Shown here one piece after another: positions 52,846 to 64,000 of a stretch of 64,000 nucleotides of DNA. Where the stretch lies: NCBI RefSeq assembly GCF_036365525.1, contig NC_090406.1, forward strand, positions 41,631,007 to 41,695,006. The letters are read 5' to 3'. Under the pieces are notes generated by a model. It worked only from the letters and a program-made list of their open reading frames with translations. It was not told the origin of the DNA and searched no databases. The stretch comes from Heterodontus francisci. Taxonomy: Eukaryota. Every line of letters begins with the position of its first letter. Within the stretch, counting starts at the first letter, position 1. A program made the position numbers and the translations under genes.

Positions 52846-53790
52846 GTAAAAGCAAAATACTGCAGGTGCTGGAAATCTGAAATAAAAACAACAAATGCTG
52901 GAAATACTCAGCAGGTCTGGCAGCATCTGTGGAGAGGGAAGCAGAGATAATGTTTCAGGTCAGTGACCCTTCATCAGAACTGGCAAAGGTTAGAAATGTA
53001 ATAGGTTTTAAGCAAATAAAGCGGGGGTGGGGCAAGAGATAACAAGAGGTGTTGATAGGACAGAGGGTCATAGAGAATAACTGACCAGAAGGTCATGGAG
53101 CAAAGGCAAACAGTATGTTAATGGTGTGCTGAAAGACAAAGCATTAGAGCAGAGGGTGTTAATTGACAGAAATATGAACAGCCCTGGCCCAAAGCACAAA
53201 CATGAGAAAAAACAGCGGGCAGGCACCTAGTTAAAAAAAAACAAACTAAAATAAAATAAAAAGAAAAAATAACTAAAAATCAAAGAGTGGGGCCCGTCAT
53301 GCTCTGAAATGATTGAACTCAATGTTCAGTCCGCAGGCTGTAGCGTGCCTAATCGGTAAATGAGATGCTGTTCCTCGAGCTTGCATTGATGTTCACTGGA
53401 AGACTGCAGCAAGCCCAGGACAGAGATGTGCGCAGAGCAGGGGGTTGTGTTGAAATGACAAGCAACCGGAAGCTCGGGGTCATGCTTTCAGACTGAGCGG
53501 AGGTGTTTTGCAAAGCGCTCACCAAATCTGCGTTTGGTCTCCCCAAAGTAAAGGAGACCACACTGTGAACAGAAAGTACAAGTGAAAGGAGTGTTTGGGG
53601 CCATGGATAGTGAGGAGAGAGGAGGTAAAAGGGCAGATATTACACCTCCTGCGATTGCATGGGAAGGTGGACCAGGGTGTCATGGAGGGAACGATCCCTT
53701 CGGAGTGCTACCGAGGAGGGGAGGGGAAGATGCATTTGGTAGTTGCATCACACTGGATGTGGCGGAAATGGTGGCGGATGATCCTTTGGA
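52846..53790 (-). mobile_element. Penelope-like retroelement 3' fragment
   Basis: GIY-YIG-like CSQCGLLYFGETKRRFGERFAKHLR near 53500-53570; hammerhead core; TSD tcacttcaa/tcacttaaa; absent from the paralogue at about 23915. Confidence 0.85.
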
Positions 53791-54277
53791 TCACTTAAAA
53801 CTTCTTATCCTTCAATGCCTCATCTTCCCGACCTCTGTAATCTCCTCCAGTCCTACAATCCTGCCAGTCTTGAAACTCACCGTTGGGCCATATGGTGTCT
53901 GGGATACACTTCTCTGTATGAACTCACTGTCCAAAGTGCCACATGAAGAATGGTCACTAGGGCAATGTGACTGATTGCTACTGACACCCACAGCAACCTG
54001 AGTCGCAGCTTTCTGAAAAGGAGAGAAAATTGGACCAAAGAAGAATAAAATCACATATTTAGGTCATTTTACCTTGGGGTGGAGGTATAAAACAAACAAT
54101 ATTGAATTGAATGCCCATTATACATCTTGCCCGATTTTCCCTATGATTTAAATGGAAAAGAAACAAAACTCAGGCAGTATAACAAGCAATGAATTTGATA
54201 TCAATATCGCCCAAAGTTAAACTGATCCCCATGGTGCTTAGTGAATAAAGCTGTTTGGTGCAGTAACCCGAGCAGCC

Positions 54278-57200
54278 AACTTTTGTATTCAATTCCTATC
54301 ACGATAAACAATAACATTCTATTAGCTTTCCTAATTATGTGCTATACCAGCATGCTAACCTTTTGCGATTCATGCACTAGGGCACCCAGATCCCTCTGCA
54401 TCTCAGAGCTCTGCAATCTCTCACCATTTAGATAATATGCTTCTTTTTTATTCTTCCTGCCAAAGTGGACAATTTCACTCTTCCCCACATTAGACTCCAT
54501 TTGCCAGGTCTTTGCCCACTCACTTAACCTATCTATATCCCTTTGTAGCCCCCTTATGTCCTCTTCACAAGTTACCTTCCTACCTATCTTTGTATCATCA
54601 GCAAATTTAGCAACGATACCTTCGGTCCCTTCATCCAAGTCATTTATTTAAATTGTAAAGTTAAGGCCCCCGCACAAATCCTTATGGCACACCACTCATT
54701 ACATCTTGCCGACCAGAAAATGACTCATTTATGCTTACTCTCTGTTTCCTGTTAGTTGGCCAATCTTTTATACATTCCAATATGTTCCCACCTGCACCAT
54801 GAGCTTTTATTTTCTGCAATAACCTTTGATGTGGCACCTTACCAAATGCCTTCTGGAAATTTAAGTACAATACATCCACCAGTTCGCCTTTATCCACAGA
54901 ACATGTAACTCCCTCAAAGAACTCCAATAAATTGGTTAAACATGATATCCCTTTCACAAAACCATGTTGACTCTGCCTGATTACCTTGAATTTTTATAAA
55001 TGCCCTGCTATAACATCCTTAATAGCTTCTAACATTTTTCCTAAGACAGAGGAGGCGGTGGCGTAGTGGTATTGTCACTGGACTAGTAACCCAGAGACCC
55101 AGGGTATTGCTCTGGGGACATGGGTTCGAATTCCACCACAGCAGAAGATGGAATTTGAATTCAATTAATAAATCTGGAATTAAAAAGCTAGTCTAATGAT
55201 GGCCATGAAACCATTGTCGATTGTTGTAAAAACCCATCTGGTTCACGAATGTCCTTTAGGGAAGGAAATCTGCTGTCCTTACCTGGTCTGGCCTACATGT
55301 GGCTCCAGACCCACAGCAATGTGGTTGACTCTTACATGCCCTCTGAAATGGCCTAGCAAGCCACTCAGTTCACTACCACCTTCTCACGGGCAATTAGGTA
55401 TGGGCAATAAATGCTGGCCTGGCCAGCGATGCCCACATCCCATGAATGAATAAAAAAATGTTAAACTAACTGGCCTGTAGTTTCCTGCTTTCTGTCTTCC
55501 TCCCTTTTTGAATAAAGGAGTTGCACTCGCTATTTTCCAATCTAATGGAATCTTCCCCAAATCTAGGGAATTTTGGAAAATTAAAACTAACACATCAACT
55601 ACCTCACTTCTTTTAACACCCTAGGATGAAGTCCATCAGGTCCCGGGAACTTGTCATCCCACAGCTTCAACAATTTGTTCAGTATCACTTCCCTGGTGAT
55701 TGTAATTTTCTTGAGTTCCTTCCTCCCTTCTTTCCTGACTTACAGCTAATATTGGGATGTTACTTGTATCCTCAATAGTGAAGACAGATGCAAAATATCT
55801 GTTCAATTCATCTGCCACCTCCTTATTATCTATTATTAATTCCCCAGACTCATTTTCTATAGGACCAACGCTCACTTTTTATAATATCTATAGCAACTCT
55901 TATTATCTGTCTTTATATTTCTAGCTAGCTTTCTCTCGTATTCTAATGTTACCTTCTTTATCAATCTTTTAGTCATTCATTTCTGTTTTTTATATTCTGT
56001 CCAATCCTCTGACCTGCCTCCCATCTTTGCGCAATTATAGGCTTTTTCTTTAAGTTTGATACTATCTTTAACTGTTTTAGTTAACCACAGATGGCGGGTC
56101 CCACCCTTAGAATTTCTCTTTCTCGTTAAATGTATCTATTCTGTGTATTCTGAAATATCTCCTTAAATGTCTGCCACTGTCCCTTAACCTGATTTGCCAG
56201 TTCACTTTAGCTAGCTCTGCTTTCATGCCCTCATAATTGCCCTTATTTAAGTTTAAAATACTAGTCTTGGACCCACTCTTCTCTCCCTCAAACTGAATAT
56301 AAAATTCAATCATATTATGATGGCTGCCTTAACTATGAGGTCATTAATTAATCCTATCTCGTTGTACAATACCAGGTCTACTATAGCCTGCTCTCTGGCT
56401 CCAGAACATATTGTTACAAGAAATTATCCTGAAAACATTCTATGTACTCCTCATTTAGTTCACCTCTGCCCATCTGATTTTTCCAGTCTATATGTAGGTT
56501 AAAATCCTCCATAATTATCGCTTTACCCTTTTGACAAGCTGCCATTATTTCTTCCCTTATACCCCATCCTACAGTGTGATTGTTAGGTAGCCTGTACACC
56601 ACTCCCATAAGTGACTTCATGCCTTTATGATTTCTCATCTCTACCCAAACTGCTTCTACATCCTGTTCCCCTGAACTTAGGTCATCCCTCTTGATTGCGC
56701 TAATACTATCATTAATTAACAGAGCTACCCCTCCACTTTTTCTTAGCTTCCTGTCCTTCCTAAATGCCAAGTACCCTTCAATATTCAGGTCCCAATCTAT
56801 GTTGTCCTGCAGCTATGTCTCAGTAATGGCTATCAGATTGTACTTATTTATTTCTATTTGCGCTCTTAGTTCATCTGTTTTGTTTTGAATGCTACGTGCA
56901 TTCAGATCCAGAGCCTTTAGTTTTGTCCTTTTATCATTTTTGTACCCTCTAGCCTGATCTGTTGATTTACTCTTAGATTTGTACGCTCTGTCCCTTCCTG
57001 TCACAGTCTATCATTTCTCATATTAATACCTTTCTCTTTTGCCTTGTCTCTACTCCTTGATTTACCATATCTTCCCAAATTTGATCCCTTGCCCCCACTA
57101 ATCAGTTTAAAACCGTCTCTACTTCCCTAGTTACGCGGCTCACTAGAACACCAGCCCCAGCACGGTTCAGGTGTAGACCGTTCCAAAGGTACAGCCACCA

Positions 57201-58700
57201 GTTTCTCCAGTACTGGTGCCAGTGCCCCACGAACCGGAACCCACTTCTACCAAACCAGTCTTTGAGCCATGCATTAATTTCTCTAATATAAAATAAAAAC
57301 AAGAAATGCTGGAACCACTCAGCAGGTCTGGCAGCATCTGTGAAAAGAGAAGCAGAGTTAACATTTCGGGTCAGTGACTCTTCTTCGGAATTTCTCTAAT
57401 CTTATTTGCCCTATGCCAATTTGCATGTGGCTCAGGTAATAATCCAGAGATTATTACCTTTGAGGCTCTTAATTTGGTGCATAGTTCCTCATACTGACTA
57501 TGCAGGACCTCTTTCCTTGTCCTGCCTATGTCCTTGGTACCTACATGGACCACGACAACTGGATCCTCCCCCTCCCACTGTAAGTTCCTCTCCAGCCCTG
57601 AGCAGATATCCCGAACCCTGGCACCAGGCAGGCAACACAGCTGTCTGGATTCTTGCTGTTTGCTGCAGAGAACAGTGTCAATCCCCCTAAATATAATGTC
57701 CCCTACTACCACTACATTCCTTTTTTCTCCCTCCACTTGAATGGCTTCTTGTACCATGGTGCCATGGTCGGGTTGCTCATCCTGCAGCCCCCCACTCTCA
57801 TCCAAACAAGCTGAAAGAACCTCAAACCTGTTGGATAATCGCAAAGGATGAAGCTCCTGCACTTCTGCCCTCTGTGTCTCCTTATCTGCCTCAACTGCAG
57901 CCACACTCTCCTGTCCCTGATCACTTAGGAAATCAGAAGACCTTATCCTAAGGGGTCTGACTGCCTCCTGGTACAAAATGTCCAGGTAACTCTCCCCCTC
58001 CCTGATGTGTCGCAGCGTTCTAGTTCAATGACTCTGAGCCGAAGCTCTTCGAGCCACAAACATTTACTGCAGACATATTTGCCCTGGATCACACTGGCAT
58101 CCAGGAGCTCCCACATGCTGTAGCCGTGACACATCACCTGTCCTGCCATCCTTAATGTGTTTTAATTAACTACTTAATTATTTTATTCAATTATTTATTT
58201 TATTTTCCTTTTAATATACTTTATTAAGCTTACCACTAGTTCCTTTACTATTTTGAATGTTAGGATTAGAATGGACCTTAATCACTTACCAGATATTCAC
58301 CAAAAAGGTAGCTTCTTCCCAAATCAATCACCTACCTGCTTGCCTGTGATGTCTGATGCTATGTTTGAGTTAAATTAAGTTGAATTAAAAGCTTACCTGT
58401 ATACTCATCCCGGTGGCTCTCTATTTCCCTGCTCTCTCTGTTGATTGTGACGTCACTGTGCTGCCACTTCTTGATTTTCCCCTGCTCCGCTCCCGCCATG
58501 CTCCTCTCTCTCTCTCGGTCTCTGGTCTCCGACTCTGGGCTTTTGGCGTGCTTTTTAAACCTCCGCTCCCGCCATGCTCCTCTCTCTCTCTCTTCGCTTC
58601 TGCCGTGCTCCTCTCTCCCTGTCTCTAGTCTCCGACTCTGGGATTTCCGCGCGCTTTTTAAACCTCCGTTCCCACTGTGCTCCTCTCTCTCCTTGTAGAG
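54278..58700 (-). mobile_element. Degenerate CR1 LINE with ORF1 and repetitive 5' UTR
   Basis: ORF1 fragments 57371..58149 (VVGD, VVHVGT.DI), ORF2 fragments, tandem units at 58480-58700; nested SINE and Penelope tail (57290-57390). Confidence 0.87.
55051..55458 (+). mobile_element. tRNA-derived SINE
   Basis: A box tggcgtagtgg, B box gggttcgaattcc; 3' tail shared with the LINE at 61510-62650. Confidence 0.82.
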
Positions 58701-59109
58701 TTTTTTCTCTTGTAGAATGAGTCATTCTGAGGGGAGATTGCAGTAGGATTGGGGCAGTCATAAAAATATACTTCATATTCATATTTCATCCACTTTAAAC
58801 GCCACACTGGAGGGGAATAGCTGGTAGAATGACTATCCTTGCAGCCTCTGCATTGTTTCACCCTCTTTTTATCTAGCTCACTGAGCTAGCCCTGGAGGCC
58901 TGCTTAAAAAAACTCCATGACTTCATAAAATAGATAACAATGAATTCTTTTTGCAGGCATACTTTAGTCTACAGCCTCCTCTTTTTAACTCTGGGGCTAA
59001 GTTGACCTCGCCAAATCAGGGCGAATGAACTCCAAGCCTATGCTTCTGTTCTTAAAGCCAAGGATGCGCTTTTAACAATCTACTCAACCTGTCCTGCCAT
59101 CTTCAAAGA

Positions 59110-60135
59110 TTGGATTACATGCGCCCCCTAATGTCTCTATCTCTGGATGTCCTTTAAGATTGTACCATTTAGTTTATATTACCCCTCGTCATTCTTGCTA
59201 CTAAAATGCATCACTTCACCTTTCTGTCATCTGCTAGGTTTCTGCCCATTTCACTTGTCTATGACCTCTCAAAGTCATCCTCCTCACCACATTTCCAAGT
59301 TTTGTGGCATGTGCAAATTTTGAAATTATACCCTGTATACTTAAGTCTAGGTCATTAATATAGATCAAAAAGGACAGTGATGTACCGACCATACGGACAC
59401 CTGGGGAACATCACTGTATACCTCCTTTCAGTGTGAAAAACAACCACTCACCACTACTTTGTTTTCTTAGCCAATTTTGTATCCATGGTGTCACTGCCAC
59501 TATAATCTCATGGGCTTCAAGTCTGCTAATGAGTCTATCATGTGGTATTTTATGAAATGCCTTTTGAAAGTTCATAGACACGTCAAATACATCCCCTTCA
59601 TCAACCCTCTCTGGTACCTCATCAAACAACTCAATAAAATTAGTCACACAATTTGCCTTTAACAAATCCATGCTGTCATTTATTAACCCATTTTTTCCCA
59701 AGCGACCATTTTTTATCTCAGATTGTGATCTCTAAATGTTTCCCCACCATCAATGTTAGACTGACTGGCCTGTAATTGTTGGGTTTATCCCTCCCTTTTT
59801 TTTTGAACAGGTATGTAACATCCTCCAGTCCTCTAGCACAGCTCCCATATCTAGAGGATGGGAAGTGTAGCCAACATCTGTGATCTCCATCCTTTCTTCA
59901 ATAACCTAGGATGCGTCCCATCCAGAACAGCTGACCTTTGCACTTTGAGCAGCATCAACCTCTTAAGTACCTCCCCTTTACTTTTATCAAATTCCATTTC
60001 TTCACTACCTCCTCCTTTACTGTGACAGTGGCAGCATCCTCGTTAGTGAAGAAAGATGCAAAGTACTGATTTAGTACAGCAGCCATGCCCTCTGCCTTCT
60101 CACAAGACAACAAATCACCTTTTTGGTCCCTAATC
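59110..60135 (-). mobile_element. Old CR1 fragment
   Basis: NFQKAFHKIPH...WIQNWL in ORF 59411..59701. Confidence 0.7.
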
Positions 60136-60909
60136 AGTTTATGATATTAGACTGGTAATTGAGTGGTTGTGAGTTCAAATTCCACAATGGCAAGCTGTAA
60201 ATTGAATTCAGTTGAATTTGATTCAGCTGGAAAACAATGGCCATTAGAAAAAAAAACTCATACTTCTCATGAGAATTCCTACCCGCAGTGTGCATCCATG
60301 GTAATTATTTATAGCAACATCAAAAGCTGGAGGCAGGAACTATCTTCTGCAGTGACACCCAATGGAAGAAGTTGACAAAAAATATAACAAAAATGTGACA
60401 ACAGGAAGTAAGGTTTTGTAGACAAGAAGTGCATGCAGTTACCAGACATTTTTCATATGTTCTAACTTACCGTGTACAATGCCATCGGAGATCACACTAC
60501 AAAGCAATAATTCCACGTTAACAAAGCTGCAAACTCCAAGATTAAAAATGAAGTATTTTATTAATGCAGCAGAGTTGTAGAAATTGACGTACTGCATTAA
60601 TCTCATTGCTGAATAATAAGCTTATGAGTTATTTTTGACTTGCTATTGGATAGTGTAGGTGCAAAAGTACGAAACCCATAACTTGATCGCTCTCCAGCTG
60701 CTCCAAAGACAGCAATAAAGAAGTGTAGCTAGGAGCAACATCCAGGTTTGAAAGCCACATGCGAGGGTGGAAGTCAGCGTTGGTGATCCAAATTCTTCCT
60801 GTTCAGTGGCACACTTGTAAGCTACAAGTATTGCAGACTGTAACATAATAAAGCACATTTGCATGGTGAATTTCTTTCATCTCCACGTTTTCTCTGATTC
60901 CAATTGCAG

Positions 60910-61235
60910 CTCAGCAACTCCCTGACCCTTCAGTAAAACTGCTTGGGCCTTCAGCCGAGGAGGTGTCCACTAAAGGAGCCGGCACCTTGGTTTGCCTGGT
61001 CAACAAACAGTCCACGGGCTTCGCTGCGGTCAGCTGGCCAGTGGATGGGAGTCCGACGAGTAGTGAGGTCCAAACCAGCGCGGTGTCACGTAACACGGAC
61101 AACAGCTTCAGTCTCAGCAGCTACCTGAAAGTCCCCGGCACAGACTGGAGCAGTGGGAAGGTGTACTCCTGTGCAGTTCAACAACAAGGAACAGCTTCAA
61201 AAACAACAGCAACTGTCACACAATCCGACTGTTAA
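60910..61235 (+). CDS. Second immunoglobulin light-chain constant exon C2 (no V/J seen upstream)
   Basis: Intact acceptor caattgcAG, open 326-nt exon, 14 substitutions vs C1, conserved Cys/Trp and terminal Cys. Confidence 0.9.
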
Positions 61236-61509
61236 GATTAAAGTTTTACACGGTTGTATTGTCTGATTTATGACAATGAGGAACTGCATAACTGGAGCTC
61301 AAAGCAATGTCCATTTAAAGATCTAAAATGGAGTTTTTCAAACTTACTATTTATTTCCTGTGTATTTTTCATTCTTTGTATGGTTTTCTGTAATGCTTTG
61401 GAATATTCAGCACCTCCAAAATGGCAGGGGTTGAAGATGATTAAGCCTTGCGACAGACAGCTCTTTATTTTTCATGCAGTCTTCAGTTACAGTGTAGCTG
61501 CCACTTTAT

Positions 61510-62650
61510 TTATTTTTTAATTCATTCATGGGATGTGGGCATCACTGGCTAGGACAGCATTTATTGCCCATCCCTAATTGCACTTGAGAAGGTGATGATG
61601 AGCTGCCTTCTTGAACTGCTGCAGTCTATGCGAGGTAGGTACACCCACATTGCTGTTAGGAAGGGAGTTCCAGGATTTTGACCAGCAACAGTGAAGGAAC
61701 AGCAATATAGTTCGAAGTCAGGATGGTGTGTGACTTGGAGGGGAACTTGCAAGTGGTGTTGTTCCCATGCATTTGCTACCCTTGTCCTTCTAGTTGGTAG
61801 AGGTCACAAGTTTGGAAGGTGCGGCCTGAGTAGCCTTCGTGCGTAGCTGCAGTGCATCTTTTAGATGGTACACACTGCTGCCACTGTGCGTCGGCGGTGG
61901 AGGGAGTAAATGTTTGTGGATGGAGTGCCAATCAAGTGGGCTGCTTTGTCCTGGATGGTGTTGAGCTTCTTGAGTGTTGTTGGAGCTGCACCCATCCAGG
62001 CAAGTGCAGAGTATTCCATTAGACTCCTGCCTGTTGCCTTGTAAATGGTGGACAGGCTTTGGGGAGTCAGGAGGCGAGTTACTCACCACAAAATTCCTAG
62101 TCTCTGACCTGCTCTGCAGCCACGGTATCTTTATGGCTGGTCAATGGTAGCCCCCAGAATTTTGATAGTGGGGGATTCAGCGATAGTAATGCCACTGAAT
62201 GTCAAGGGGAGATAGTTAGATTCTCTGGCACTGAAGTGGCAAGTAACATTCGCGCCACACATCAGCCCAAGCCTGGATACTGTCCAGATCTTGCTGCATC
62301 TCTACATGGACTGCTTCAGTATGAGAAGTCGCAAATGGTGCTGAACATTGTGCAATCATCAGCGAACATCCCCACTTCTGACCTTATGATTGAAGGAAGG
62401 TCATTGATGAAGCAGCTGAAGATGGTTGGGACTAGGACACTACCCTGAGGAACTCCTGCAGTGATGTCCTGGAGCTGAGACGACTGACCTCCAACAACCA
62501 CAAACATCTTCCTTTGTGCTAGGTATGACTCCAACCAGCGGAGAGTTTTCCTCCTGATTCCGTTGACTTCAATTTTGCTAGAACTCCTTGATGCCATACT
62601 CGGTCAAATGCTGTCTTGATGTCAAGGGCAGTCACTCTCACCTCACCACC
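61510..62650 (-). mobile_element. CR1/L2-group LINE 3' part (SINE partner family)
   Basis: [15 protein letters not shown]...FADD in ORF 62316..62597. Confidence 0.82.
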
Positions 62651-62754
62651 TCATTCAGAGATATGCATGTGGTGTACCTGATATCTGCTGTCTTCATTCA
62701 TTCTCCTTCCCTTAGTGCCAACTGCCTTCAGCCTGGCATGTGGCATTCACTTTG

Positions 62755-64000
62755 AATTTTGGCAGGGAGATGGGATACAGAGTGGAGGTACAGTAGGGGA
62801 TGATGCACAATTAAATATAGAAGAGAAACTAAGTCAGTCTGGAAGGGAGAGCAAATATAGACCTGTTAAGGCACAAACGAATAATGGAAGGCTGGATTGT
62901 ATCTATTTTAACGCAACGAGTCTTACTAGTAAGGCAGATGAATTGAGGGCGTTGATTAACACATGGGAATATGATATTATTGATATCACAGAGATATGGT
63001 TGAAAGAAGGGCAGGACTGGCAGTTCAATATCACAGTGTATAGAATCTTCAGGCATGATAGGGGAGGGTGTAAAAGAGGAAGTGGCATTGCACTGTTGAT
63101 CAAGGAGTCAATTATTGCAGTAAAGAGGGATGATATCTTAGATGGTTCCTCAAATGAGGCCATATGGGTAGAACCTAAAAACAAAAAGGGGGCAATCACT
63201 TGGCTGGGAGTGCACTACAGGCCTCCAAACAGTCAGGGACAGATAGAGGAGCAGATATGTTGGCAAATCTAGGAGAGGTGTAAAAATAATAGGATAATAA
63301 TAGTAGGGGATTTCAACTTCCCCAATATTAGAGGGGATAATATTAGTGCAAAAGGCTTAAAGGGAGCGGAATTCTTAAAGTGCATTCAGGAGAGCTTTTT
63401 GTGCCAGCACGTAGAAAGTCCTACAAGAGGAGGGGCGGTACTGGACCTAATCCTAGTGAATGAAGCCGGACAAGTTGTAGAAGTGGCATTGGGGGAGCAT
63501 TTCGGGGATAGTGACCATAACTATAAGATTTAAGGTAGTTATGGAAAAGGACAAAGAGGGACTGGAAATAAAAGTACTGAATTGGAGGAAGGCAGATTTC
63601 AACATGATAATACAGGATCTGGCCAAAGTGGACTGGAAGCAGCCACTTGTAGGAAAGTCGACATCAGACCAGGGGAGTCATTCAGAAAGGAAATAGTGAG
63701 TTCAGGTCCAACATGTTCCCATTAAGGTGAAGGGTAGGACCAACAAGTCCAGGGAACCCTGGATGTCAAGGGATACAGAGGATTGGATAAGGAAAATAAA
63801 GGAAGCTTATGGCAGATTCAGAGCGCTGAAAACAGCAGAGGCACGAGAGGAGTATAGAAAGTGTAGGGGGGTACTTAAAAAAGTAATTAGGAGAGCAAAG
63901 AGGGGGCATGAAAAAACACCGGCAGACAAGATAAAGGAAAATCCCAAGGTGTTTTATAAGTATACTAAGGACAAGAGGATAACCAAGGAAAGAGTAGGGC
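62755..64000 (+). mobile_element. CR1 LINE ORF2 5' part, runs off the window
   Basis: ORF 62715..63272 with APE motifs YFNA.SL, ITE.WL, YRPPN. Confidence 0.88.

Larger units (their letters stand above)
37771..53932 (+). repeat. Segmental duplication, copy 2
   Basis: Collinear with 13190-24040, expanded by CR1, LTR and Penelope insertions. Confidence 0.9.

Noticed and set aside
32300-60800. Isolated CACTGTG/CACAGTG heptamers (e.g. 49331, 50924, 53561, 58454) as extra J or V segments
   Set aside because: I saw no spaced nonamer, FGxG motif or splice donor at these sites; a formal scan is still needed.
6478-63199. Numerous 60-170 aa ORFs antisense to CR1 copies
   Set aside because: Shadow frames of LINE ORF2, recurring in each copy; not independent genes.

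Overview
Eukaryotic, repeat-dense DNA that is almost certainly from a cartilaginous fish (shark/ray), judged from HE1-like V-SINEs, abundant CR1 LINEs and a cluster-type Ig gene. The only host gene is an unrearranged immunoglobulin light-chain V-J-C cluster, most like the sigma isotype: octamer promoter 27632, V 27896-28222 with 12-RSS, J 28596-28630 with 23-RSS, C 31880-32205. Its leader exon looks disabled. A second intact C exon (about 96% identical) lies 29 kb downstream at 60910-61235, with no V or J visible before it. The most notable hidden element is at about 35900-37260 (minus strand). Several short ORFs there join into one decayed reading frame whose motifs line up, in order, with the L polymerase of a Mononegavirales virus, closest from memory to pneumoviruses (RSV-like). 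This is a candidate endogenous RNA-virus element, fused to a Tx1/L1 3' tail. The rest consists of a two-tier non-coding segmental duplication (13.2-24.0 kb vs 37.8-53.9 kb), a full-length degenerate Ty1/Copia element, several solo LTRs with TSDs, CR1/L2/Tx1/RTE/Penelope fragments, hAT MITEs and a spliced Harbinger Myb/SANT remnant. All protein-family calls are by eye and recall; no database search was run, and repeat boundaries are approximate.
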